DNA of 64,000 nt from a virus: positions 1 through 64,000 of IMG/VR virus record IMGVR_UViG_3300043449_002675. The stretch is one strand, 5' to 3'. Below are positions 8,365 to 16,446 of this stretch, piece by piece. The notes below the pieces were generated by a model. It was not told the DNA's origin, ran no database searches, and was given only the letters and a program-made list of their open reading frames with translations. The position numbers and the translations under genes were made by a program. Numbering within the stretch: position 1 is the first letter of the stretch; the number at the start of each line of letters is the position of its first letter.

Positions 8365-8649
8365 TTATACTTTGCCTGCGTCTTCAATTCTTTTGATTAT
8401 TTTATCAGGTTTAGCAGGTTTAAGTGGAGGAAGGCCGGGCTTAAGTTTCTCTTCTGGTTCGTGGTCTGATATTGCAAGTGGTGTATCGAGATATCCTCTT
8501 TTAGCAAGTTCTGCTGTGCCAAGAAGTCCAGCGCCTGCAGCTGTTGCGCCGATGGTGAGAGGAAATTTCCTTACTATTAATTTGGCTTTCTTTTCCAAAA
8601 TGATTTCATTTTGTTGTTCAACGTAGTCACTAAATTTGTAGCTTTTCAT
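8365..8649 (-). CDS. Hypothetical protein with hydrophobic segment, capsid-targeting-like N-terminus
   Basis: MKSYKFSDYVEQ; TATATA 5 nt upstream of ATG 8649. Confidence 0.65.
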   Translation of the reverse strand: MKSYKFSDYVEQQNEIILEKKAKLIVRKFPLTIGATAAGAGLLGTAELAKRGYLDTPLAISDHEPEEKLKPGLPPLKPAKPDKIIKRIEDAGKV

Positions 8650-8709
8650 AAAATTATATATTGTTTGCAAGTTTATATATTTCGTGCGTAATAGTGTTGG
8701 AGGTGTATT

Positions 8710-9477
8710 ATGGCAAGATTTTTTATAATATTGATTTGTTTAATTGGTGTAACTGGAGCATTTGGTCAATTTAGGCCTTATATGCCTCCTAGACCTCCTT
8801 TGCCTCCAGCAACAGTAATTCCTGTGATGCCTAATGGACAAAATGGGTTTAATGGAATGCAAGGAGGTGGTATAAATGGTGGTATGATGGGAATTAGTGG
8901 TGGCATGACGGGCATGGGAGGGATTCAAGGTGGTAATTTTGGTATGTCTGGTGGCGGTATGGGGGTTGGTGGATTTATGGGCCAGCTTGGCGGAATGGCA
9001 GGCGGAATGTCTGGCATGGGCATGGGTGGCTTTGGGATGGGTGGTATGGGTCTTGGTGGCGGCATGGGCGGTATTTCTGGTGGCATGTCTGGTGGCATGA
9101 TGGGAGGCGGAAACAATAATCCTTATGGGGCATATACACCGGGAACTGTAGTGCGACCTAGTGGGATGAGCGGTCCATACAGCGTAATTCCTATTCAAGG
9201 TGGTTACATGTTGGGAATGGGTGGCGGAAGCATGTCTGGTATGGGTATGGGTGGATTTGGTGGTGGACAGTTTGGTTTTGGTGGTGGAATGATGGGGCTT
9301 GGTGGTGGTCAAATCGGTATAGGAGGGCAGTTCGGTGGTAACAATATTGGTAATGGTGGTTTTGGTGGCAACTTTGGCAATTTTGGCGCTATGGGTGGGG
9401 GACAGCTCGGCGGTATGATGGGTGGCGGGTTTGGAGGCAACAAAGGATTCGGATTCTGCGGTGCAAGTGGAATTTGA
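8710..9477 (+). CDS. Secreted Gly/Met-rich low-complexity protein
   Basis: Signal peptide MARFFIILICLIGVTGAFG; GGM/GGFG/GGQFG repeats; GGAGGT RBS. Confidence 0.75.
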   Translation: MARFFIILICLIGVTGAFGQFRPYMPPRPPLPPATVIPVMPNGQNGFNGMQGGGINGGMMGISGGMTGMGGIQGGNFGMSGGGMGVGGFMGQLGGMAGGMSGMGMGGFGMGGMGLGGGMGGISGGMSGGMMGGGNNNPYGAYTPGTVVRPSGMSGPYSVIPIQGGYMLGMGGGSMSGMGMGGFGGGQFGFGGGMMGLGGGQIGIGGQFGGNNIGNGGFGGNFGNFGAMGGGQLGGMMGGGFGGNKGFGFCGASGI

Positions 9478-9552
9478 AAAAATTTACTTGTCTTTCAAAC
9501 ATAAGTGACTAATGTTTACGAAAGGTTGATATCACAAGTGACAGGTGTAATA

Positions 9553-9813
9553 ATGAACATTATCCTTTGGTCTGGTGCTATTGTATTTGCTATTTTAGCA
9601 GGTGGGGCAGCACTATTCTTTATTTTGGCAGTTATTGGGTTTTTGTATAATGTCTTTTTTGAATATCCCGCTGATGCCAAAAGAAAGGCTTTCTTAGCAT
9701 CAAGAGAACCCGTAGACATTGATGCGGCCTTTGAAAGACTGAAGAATAACTTGGAGGATATTGATCGCAGTTCCAAAATCGAAAGCACGGGTTTAAAAGT
9801 ATACAAGGAGTAA
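9553..9813 (+). CDS. Small membrane protein
   Basis: N-terminal hydrophobic helix; AGGTG RBS. Confidence 0.65.
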   Translation: MNIILWSGAIVFAILAGGAALFFILAVIGFLYNVFFEYPADAKRKAFLASREPVDIDAAFERLKNNLEDIDRSSKIESTGLKVYKE

Positions 9814-9816
9814 GTC

Positions 9817-10122
9817 ATGCGTCGTTACACGGTTACGGAAAGGGATATTGCGGGCGGTAGTAATTGGCAGAGGAGGCAGGTTGAAGTCACCAGAGAGCCA
9901 AATGGTGTTGAATCTGTAATTGGATTTTTTCTGTTGATACCTTTGATGCTGCCTTTGTTCTTTATTTTTTACCCTATTGTTGGTTGTCTTGGCCCCAACA
10001 TGGATAGGAGAATGCAGAGCAGTCAAGAAAGGCATGACAGAGAAGTTCAGGATCGTTCTAACAGACAGCGTGAACTGGATAGGTCTTGGATGTCGGATTC
10101 CCAATTTAATTCCAAATACTAG
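9817..10122 (+). CDS. Small membrane protein
   Basis: Central TM helix; AGGAGTAAGTCATG junction. Confidence 0.7.
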   Translation: MRRYTVTERDIAGGSNWQRRQVEVTREPNGVESVIGFFLLIPLMLPLFFIFYPIVGCLGPNMDRRMQSSQERHDREVQDRSNRQRELDRSWMSDSQFNSKY

Positions 10123-10131
10123 GAGTAAGTC

Positions 10132-10299
10132 ATGGAAGCCTTGGTATATTTTGGAATGGTGTGTGTTAGCATTGTATTTGTTGGCACTGTGTTAATTATT
10201 TCTGGGTGTATTATTGCTGCTAAAATAGCAGATATAAAGAAAAAGCCTGCGTCCGAAAACGCAGGCCATGTAGGATTAAAGATTTTTTCGCCGAATTAG
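10132..10299 (+). CDS. 55-aa membrane protein (MEALVYFGMVCVSIVFVGTVLIISG...)
   Basis: Identical AGGAGTAAGTCATG junction; single TM helix; not in the ORF track. Confidence 0.6.
   Translation: MEALVYFGMVCVSIVFVGTVLIISGCIIAAKIADIKKKPASENAGHVGLKIFSPN
10237..10266 (-). terminator. Rho-independent terminator (minus strand)
   Basis: GCCTGCGT-TTTCGG-ACGCAGGC followed by a T run on the - strand, downstream of 10296..10988. Confidence 0.7.
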
Positions 10300-10988
10300 G
10301 CGTGTCTGTTGAGCTTGCCGGCGAATGTAATTGGGTTGATAGGACTTCTTGCTCCACCTCTTCCGCCTGTGATTGGATCGTAGGTAGGGGCTTTCCAAGT
10401 TTCTTTGCCAAACTTCTTTTGTCCCTGCAAGTTGTCGATGACGGATTGTAAAATCGCATCAACGCCTGTATCCCAATTGGCGTTTTCTTCGACAATGGAA
10501 CGAATTTTTCCGGTAAGTTCACGAAGGTCTTTAATTTTCTTATCAAATGCTCTTTTGATAATTGCATCGCCTTCTTTCATTTTCTGCATGTCTTTGGGAT
10601 CCATAAGATCGCCTTCGAGACCTTTTAGCTCAATCTGTTGTAGATCAGCCAAAACTTTTTCTCTTTGGTTGGTTAGATCTCTTCTGGCTTGTTCCAAGCT
10701 GTAGATAGCTTCTCTGGAAATGTCATACATTTTTTCATTTGCTTTTGACACCGTGGTCTGAAGATGTGTGAGTACATCAACTAGGTCTGACTGTGCTGTA
10801 CTTATATTACTATCTCTTGCAAAGTCAGTCGCTGTCTGTCTTATTTTGTTAGCAGTTCCGAAAACGGTGTCTCTAGCAAAGTTTCCTAAGGTGTTAAAAA
10901 ACCCTTTTATACGTGACTTGACTCCCTCGTCTAGAGTTTCGTCTCCATCTCTTGCTCTTCTATAATCGTTAAAAGATATTTTTCTCAT
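10296..10988 (-). CDS. Coiled-coil protein (possible internal virion protein)
   Basis: MRKISFNDY...LDEG; helical heptads; GAGG RBS. Confidence 0.7.
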   Translation of the reverse strand: MRKISFNDYRRARDGDETLDEGVKSRIKGFFNTLGNFARDTVFGTANKIRQTATDFARDSNISTAQSDLVDVLTHLQTTVSKANEKMYDISREAIYSLEQARRDLTNQREKVLADLQQIELKGLEGDLMDPKDMQKMKEGDAIIKRAFDKKIKDLRELTGKIRSIVEENANWDTGVDAILQSVIDNLQGQKKFGKETWKAPTYDPITGGRGGARSPINPITFAGKLNRHA

Positions 10989-11086
10989 GTTTTCCTCTAA
11001 GAGTAAATCTTTAAATATATAGAATAATGTGTAAAATTTTTGAGTTCTAAAACATATAATATGTTTTTACGTAATTGGAGAAAGAA

Positions 11087-11494
11087 ATGGCACAGTATCA
11101 CAAACACTTGATTTTGAATGCAATAGTCAGGAATCCTATTCAGACAGAAGAGGACTGTAATTGTTGGTTAGCGGAGCTTGTTCGCATAATTGACATGGAC
11201 ATATTGATTCCTCCGCATTCTAAGTATTGTGATATTGAAGGGAATGAAGGAGTAACCGGTACTTGTGTAATTACAACAAGTCATGTTAGCATTCATGTGT
11301 GGTCAAAGGTTGAGAAGCCTTATATCAGAATGGATGTTTACAGTTGCAAGGATTTCGACGTATCTAAGGTATTGGATTATGTAAATGGAACTATGGATAC
11401 GGAAGAAGAGGGTCATTTGGTAATTGACAGGAACTCTATTGGCCCTAAAGTTTCTTGCTGTTCTGATCATAAATGTCAGGCAGCATCGGTTTAA
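11087..11494 (+). CDS. speD: S-adenosylmethionine decarboxylase proenzyme
   Basis: HKHLI..., GVTGTCVITTSHVSIHVW (self-cleavage Ser), DVYSCKDFD. Confidence 0.88.
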   Translation: MAQYHKHLILNAIVRNPIQTEEDCNCWLAELVRIIDMDILIPPHSKYCDIEGNEGVTGTCVITTSHVSIHVWSKVEKPYIRMDVYSCKDFDVSKVLDYVNGTMDTEEEGHLVIDRNSIGPKVSCCSDHKCQAASV

Positions 11495-11960
11495 TTCGAT
11501 TTAAAATTTCTTTTACTTTTTCATTTTCTATATCACTATTTGCCAGTGATGTTAGGTAGAAATAAGCTGTGGACAGGGCTTTTAGGGCACCTAGTACTAT
11601 AGCTTGTTTTGATGGGTCTAATGCTGCCAAGAAAGGCGATATTGTTGGGAAAAGTACCAAGGGGTTAGCGAGAGCAAGTTTGCTTGATTGTCCAACGGAT
11701 TTTGCCAAACTTTTCCAGTATTTAATTTTCTTTGGGCTACGCATGACTTTTCTGAGATCGTATGCGACATCAATATTAGATTTTAATGTTGGTTTGAGCA
11801 TGAGAATCATTTTGCTGGTTCCAAGAATAAAATCTGCTAATTTAATAATTTTTTTATAGTCTGCGACATCATTTACGGCTTCGAGTGGGGACGGTCCATC
11901 GTGTCCCATGTGGGAAGCGACATCTGAGTATGATTCTAAAAATTCTTTGAAGCCGTGCAT
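11445..11960 (-). CDS. Hypothetical protein, capsid-targeting-like N-terminus, hydrophobic C-half
   Basis: MHGFKEFLES; TATATA 4 nt upstream. Confidence 0.7.
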   Translation of the reverse strand: MHGFKEFLESYSDVASHMGHDGPSPLEAVNDVADYKKIIKLADFILGTSKMILMLKPTLKSNIDVAYDLRKVMRSPKKIKYWKSLAKSVGQSSKLALANPLVLFPTISPFLAALDPSKQAIVLGALKALSTAYFYLTSLANSDIENEKVKEILNRIKPMLPDIYDQNSKKL

Positions 11961-11970
11961 TCAATATATA

Positions 11971-12252
11971 TTATTCCCAGTATTCTTCTTCATTTATCCA
12001 GTAGTGTAAGACTAAATTTCCCGATGCTGAAGGGTATTGTCTATCTATTTTAATCTTGCCGTTATGAATATCTTGGTGGCATTTTCTGCAGCAGACTACT
12101 GTGTTTTGATCTGTATATTTGCCGCCATTTTCTCCTTCAACAATTCTATGAACATCTAGAAACTCGTAGACATCGCATGGGCAAAACTTGCATTTGCCAG
12201 CTATATGTTTCTTGGCTTTTTTATTTATTAGTTTTTTGATTCTTCGTGCCAT
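11971..12252 (-). CDS. HNH endonuclease
   Basis: CKFC...DVHRI..GGKY..NTVVCCRKCHQDIH. Confidence 0.85.
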   Translation of the reverse strand: MARRIKKLINKKAKKHIAGKCKFCPCDVYEFLDVHRIVEGENGGKYTDQNTVVCCRKCHQDIHNGKIKIDRQYPSASGNLVLHYWINEEEYWE

Positions 12253-12923
12253 TTATCCAGATAGTCCAAATAATCAGGTAAACAATTATACATGAATGTA
12301 AAATCTTTAGTTGGGTGAAATTTGAAATATAGTTCTGATAGAGTTTGTTCTGGTGTTGCAATGATGCAGGTTTTCAATCTGTTTTTAAATTTGAAGCCAA
12401 GATGTGAAAGTAGGCTATAGTCATATCCAATATACCCGAATGCGTTTTGTAGAATTCCGATTTTTTGTATAAGGCTATATTTTGATTTATCAATAATTGT
12501 GTTTTTGATTTGTTTGGTAAAAGAATTGAAGCTAAAAAGTTGAATATTGTGTTTAACGGCAATTTTTTCTAGTAATCCTATGTTTTGGTCGCCGATATAA
12601 TCTTCGACCAAGATATATTTTTTATCAACTAGTTTTGGAAGTGTTGGCATTTCTTGCAGGGAAATTTTACATTTCCAGTAATAGATTTTTTTGATAAGGA
12701 CATAGCTTAAAAGGTCTCTTCCGTTTACGGTATTTTGCAGGATATTTTCCTTTGGGATGACAGTAAGTGATTTTAGTGTACGAACTGTTTGGCAGACTGA
12801 TTTGATATCGTTTTCTATTTCTGGCAGGCAATATATTTTAGTTTTCTCCAATTCTTCATCGGAGAGGTAGGCTTGCATGAGCATAAAAAAGTTTAGATTT
12901 TTGCAACATATATCTAATATCAT
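12228..12923 (-). CDS. Glycosyltransferase family 9-like protein (divergent)
   Basis: ILQNAFGYIGYDYSLLSHL resembles the GT9 IGxDSGxxHL motif. Confidence 0.4.
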   Translation of the reverse strand: MILDICCKNLNFFMLMQAYLSDEELEKTKIYCLPEIENDIKSVCQTVRTLKSLTVIPKENILQNTVNGRDLLSYVLIKKIYYWKCKISLQEMPTLPKLVDKKYILVEDYIGDQNIGLLEKIAVKHNIQLFSFNSFTKQIKNTIIDKSKYSLIQKIGILQNAFGYIGYDYSLLSHLGFKFKNRLKTCIIATPEQTLSELYFKFHPTKDFTFMYNCLPDYLDYLDKWHEESKN

Positions 12924-12958
12924 AAAAGCCTTTTTTGCGGTTAATAATATATACTTGT

Positions 12959-13651
12959 ATGTATATGGAGCAGCTTAAATTCAGTAAATGGTTAGCGGAA
13001 GTTAACTTGGGCACCTTAGAAACCGAGCTTGTAGACAGCAAGCCAATAGAGTCTTTGTATGCGAAGGCCAAGAATGCGGTTGATTTGGTACGCAAGTATG
13101 ATCAGGCTGAAGCAGAGCATAATTGGTTGAAGAAGAGAGTAGGCTGGCAGGGTCCGAAGAATGATTTCGGATATTTATTGAATATAAGTACTATCGCACC
13201 TTTGGCTGGGACCATATATGGTTTGTTTAACAGCAGGGAAAATCAAAGAATATTAGACAAAGATGTGCGCAAGTATCCGGTAACATTTAAATCAAACAGG
13301 CCATTGACGAAGGATGAAAAGGGAGAGGAAGATCTCCTAAAAAACCTTGCTTTTAATATTATGAAGAAGCAGTATCCTGATATTGATCCAAATAAGATAC
13401 ATGACAGTGCTGTAATACACGTAAATGTGCCTCATATTGTCAATACTATGAAGATGAGGGGTTTGACTGGTGAGGAGCTTGAAAAGGCTATAATAAGAGA
13501 AATTGCTAGTACCATAGTGCATGAATCTACGCATCAGTTGGAGAGGACATGGATGGGAGCAACGGATGAAAATGGTCCTAAAGAGGCGGAAAAAAGGTTT
13601 GTTAATTGGCTTGAAAGAAATCCTAACTTGCTAGCTATGGCGGCAAAATGA
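12959..13651 (+). CDS. HExxH metallopeptidase-like protein, capsid-targeting-like N-terminus
   Basis: LKFSKWLAE; STIVHESTHQLE...DENGPKEAE; TATATA 5 nt upstream. Confidence 0.7.
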   Translation: MYMEQLKFSKWLAEVNLGTLETELVDSKPIESLYAKAKNAVDLVRKYDQAEAEHNWLKKRVGWQGPKNDFGYLLNISTIAPLAGTIYGLFNSRENQRILDKDVRKYPVTFKSNRPLTKDEKGEEDLLKNLAFNIMKKQYPDIDPNKIHDSAVIHVNVPHIVNTMKMRGLTGEELEKAIIREIASTIVHESTHQLERTWMGATDENGPKEAEKRFVNWLERNPNLLAMAAK

Positions 13652-13929
13652 AATTAGGAGACCTTTGTGAAGTTAAAATAAACTTTCCAGATGCAGACTT
13701 TTGGATACAGCGCAGAGGTACACCGGAAAATGTTGGCAGGGTAAAAACAGAATTCAACAAGGAAGACATAGGAATAAAAGTGAAGGATACAACTGTTTTG
13801 CTGCCAAGATTTTTGCAATATGCGATGATGAATATTTATAATAAAGGATATTATAGAGATAAGATGCAAGGTATGACGGCTTTGCAACACATCAGGAGCA
13901 GTGACATAAAAGAAATCCCAGTTGGGTAG
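13648..13929 (+). CDS. Stand-alone type I R-M specificity subunit (HsdS TRD)-like protein
   Basis: KLGDLCEV..., LLPRFLQY, GMTALQHIRSSDIKEIPV resemble conserved HsdS TRD margins. Confidence 0.5.
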   Translation: MKLGDLCEVKINFPDADFWIQRRGTPENVGRVKTEFNKEDIGIKVKDTTVLLPRFLQYAMMNIYNKGYYRDKMQGMTALQHIRSSDIKEIPVG

Positions 13930-13938
13930 GAGAATAAA

Positions 13939-14499
13939 ATGGAAGAAGAATTGCTAGGATATTACGAGAGTCAAGAGGGTTCAAGACCCATGAATCTAAT
14001 TACTGAGAATGTAGTGATTTCCGAACATCTGCAGTATCACATGGAAAATCAGATGAGTTTGTCTAATTCTATATTTAGACTTGGTTCCGATTCTTGGTGT
14101 GAGTTAGTGAATGAGATGAGGAATTTGTGGGAGCAGGGCATGTTGCAGGTTAATGAGAATGATGAATTTATTCTTATGACTGAAGCAGGTCGTACTGGAG
14201 TGTATCAGGGCAAGACTGTAAAATTAGACAGTCCCAAGAGGCAAACTGGCGGCAGGAAGAAGTATATGGTATTTGTAAATAGTGGCCGCAAGAATGCTGA
14301 TGGCAGAGTAGTTGCCAAAAAGATTCAGTGGGGAGATCCCAAATTGAGTGTTAAAAATAAGGATCCCAAGAGAGCTAAGAGCTTTAGGGCACGTCACAAA
14401 TGTGCGCAGGCACATGACAGAATGACACCAAAATGGTGGGCTTGCAATGTTGGCCGTTATGCCAAACAGCTTGGTTTAAGTTCTAGTGCATCTTGGTAA
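13939..14499 (+). CDS. Conserved T4-like/large-phage hypothetical protein
   Basis: KKYMVFV..KKIQWGDP...KSFRARHKC..WWAC basic C-terminal module; AGGAG RBS. Confidence 0.7.
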   Translation: MEEELLGYYESQEGSRPMNLITENVVISEHLQYHMENQMSLSNSIFRLGSDSWCELVNEMRNLWEQGMLQVNENDEFILMTEAGRTGVYQGKTVKLDSPKRQTGGRKKYMVFVNSGRKNADGRVVAKKIQWGDPKLSVKNKDPKRAKSFRARHKCAQAHDRMTPKWWACNVGRYAKQLGLSSSASW

Positions 14500-14509
14500 A
14501 GGAGCTAAA

Positions 14510-14647
14510 ATGTTTGATAATTTAGTATTTTTCTTGGCAGGTTTGGTTGTTGGCTGGAACGTATTGCCTCAACCGCAGTGGGTAAAAGCCATGTATGATT
14601 TTGTGGTATACAAGATCAAGAGCTGGGCTGCACCTAAAAATGGATAA
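14510..14647 (+). CDS. 45-aa membrane peptide (MFDNLVFFLAGLVVGWNVLPQP...)
   Basis: AAGGAG RBS, N-terminal TM helix; not in the ORF track. Confidence 0.6.
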   Translation: MFDNLVFFLAGLVVGWNVLPQPQWVKAMYDFVVYKIKSWAAPKNG

Positions 14648-14903
14648 ACCATACGTCGAAACAGGAAGGGGAAGCAAAGTAGTCAGGGAATTTAGTCCAG
14701 ATGTTCCATTTGAAGATTTGAAATGGCACAGAGACTACGAAGATAGAATTGTTCGTGTATTAGAAGATAATGATTGGAAATATCAAGAAGACAATAAGCT
14801 CCCCGTTCCATTGATCGGGGAGCTTTTTATTCCTAAAGGTTTATGGCATAGAGTAATCAAGGGCACAACAAAACTAAAAGTTGAAATAACTAAGCTTTCT
14901 TAA
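14640..14903 (+). CDS. Small cupin-fold protein
   Basis: LKWHRDYEDR and FIPKGLWHRV cupin motifs. Confidence 0.7.
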   Translation: MDKPYVETGRGSKVVREFSPDVPFEDLKWHRDYEDRIVRVLEDNDWKYQEDNKLPVPLIGELFIPKGLWHRVIKGTTKLKVEITKLS

Positions 14904-15789
14904 AAACAAGCAGAGACTTCTGGAACCAGTCACATCCATCTGTAACTATACTTCTTGCTTCATCAGTTTTTTGTTGGTCAAATACAAAGCCATAATCTTC
15001 AACAAATTCAATAGATTCATCATTATTTTTGCAATTAACGTGTCCTATTCCCATTTGTCCTCTAACCGCCCAAGACATAACTAACCAATCGTTACAAGCT
15101 GCTTCTATATTTGCAAAAAGTTTGCCTGCTAATTTAGCAGGAACATGTTCTGCAACTTCCAAGCATATAACAGATCCTTTAGTTTTTATATTAATAGGCT
15201 TGGTAATATCTTGTTCTAGTATCTTTTTACAAGCTGGTTGCTGTGGGGGAGAGCCTTCAAATCCTGTGCATTTTTTAAAACCATTTTTTTCTAGTTCGCC
15301 TAGATAGAATCCTGTTCCACATCCGAAGTCATAAACAATTTCATCGGGGTTCAATAAGTTTGCTATGTATTTAGCCAAATTTTGACTATGTAGATGATGG
15401 CTATGATCTGTCCAATATCCGCTTTTAGAAATATGTTTTATTTCCCTGTGTCTTCTTTCGATAAATTCTATAGTGTCCTTAATGTTCATTGAGCTATCGC
15501 ACTTATAAAGGTATTCAAGACCTTTTTCTGTTTGCATGGAATCTGCGTGGCATAATCCCAAGTGTAAGTAAATGTTCTGTTTCAAGTCATAAGGCGGCAA
15601 GAGATTTAGACATTTGGTGAAATAATTTATTGCTTTATTATATTCACCAAGTTCCTTGTACGCAAGTCCTATTGTGTAGTAATGTATCATTTCGCTAGCG
15701 CAATCCGCTAGTTCGTCTGCTATTTTAATAGCAAATTTGGTTTTTTTATTATCAACAAAGAATTTGCAAACTTGTAAGATATTAGACAT
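14890..15789 (-). CDS. TPR-containing class I SAM methyltransferase
   Basis: N-terminal TPR (GLAYKELGEYNKAINYF); DFGCGTG, CLEVAEHVP and GIGHVNC. Confidence 0.85.
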   Translation of the reverse strand: MSNILQVCKFFVDNKKTKFAIKIADELADCASEMIHYYTIGLAYKELGEYNKAINYFTKCLNLLPPYDLKQNIYLHLGLCHADSMQTEKGLEYLYKCDSSMNIKDTIEFIERRHREIKHISKSGYWTDHSHHLHSQNLAKYIANLLNPDEIVYDFGCGTGFYLGELEKNGFKKCTGFEGSPPQQPACKKILEQDITKPINIKTKGSVICLEVAEHVPAKLAGKLFANIEAACNDWLVMSWAVRGQMGIGHVNCKNNDESIEFVEDYGFVFDQQKTDEARSIVTDGCDWFQKSLLVFKKA

Positions 15790-15824
15790 TATAAATCCCC
15801 TCAGTATTATAGGGGGATTTATAA
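15789..15824 (-). promoter_or_regulatory. Hairpin covering RBS and start codon, with a TATAAT box in its loop
   Basis: Minus strand TTATAAATCCCC-CTATAATACTGA-GGGGATTTATAA-TG. Confidence 0.6.
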
Positions 15825-15825
15825 A

Positions 15826-16428
15826 TTATTTCTTAATTTTGATATTGTATTCTTCGCATCGGAGCATTTCGATTTCTGCTCCGTAATGTGGGTGGTATTC
15901 GTAGATTTTACCAGTTTTGGTTTTAACCTTGATGTTATTGCCACTTCTCTTGATAGATTCTACGATAATTTTTCTGGTAGTGCCGTTTGCAATTAGTTGT
16001 CTTCTTTCATTGATACTGCCAGAGCCGAGGAAATAATTGCTTTCTGCAGCCTGCATACCGCCCATAAGTTTGCTAAGATCAAATCCAGCAGAGTGTTTCT
16101 GCATGGGGGCTACTACTTCAATATCTACATTTTCTTCAGGAGAGTGTGCTTCCTCTCCGCCGCCGCAACCACAGCCAGCGTGATCTTGGTCATACATAAG
16201 AGCGTCTCTTACGCTGGCCAAGGCATTTTTCGCTGTGCTGATTTTATCTTCGATCCAGCTTTCAATATCGTCATGTTCGTCAATAAGGGGAATGATTTCA
16301 TCTAAGGCATGTTTAATAGCATGTAGGTTTCTGGCAACCATGTAGCTGCCTTCTTTTTCGCCTTCTGTATGACCGCATTCTTTATATTTTTTCATAACTT
16401 TACGGCAAAGCCGCCTCATAAGATACAA
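15826..16428 (-). CDS. Hypothetical large-phage protein
   Basis: SYMVARNL...DIESWIEDKISTA helical module; start uncertain. Confidence 0.6.
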   Translation of the reverse strand: MYLMRRLCRKVMKKYKECGHTEGEKEGSYMVARNLHAIKHALDEIIPLIDEHDDIESWIEDKISTAKNALASVRDALMYDQDHAGCGCGGGEEAHSPEENVDIEVVAPMQKHSAGFDLSKLMGGMQAAESNYFLGSGSINERRQLIANGTTRKIIVESIKRSGNNIKVKTKTGKIYEYHPHYGAEIEMLRCEEYNIKIKK

Positions 16429-16446
16429 AAATATATATTACGAGGC

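Noticed and set aside
8740-9312. His/Thr-rich and Pro-rich minus-strand ORFs
   Set aside because: Antisense shadows of the Gly/Met-rich gene, which has a signal peptide and RBS.
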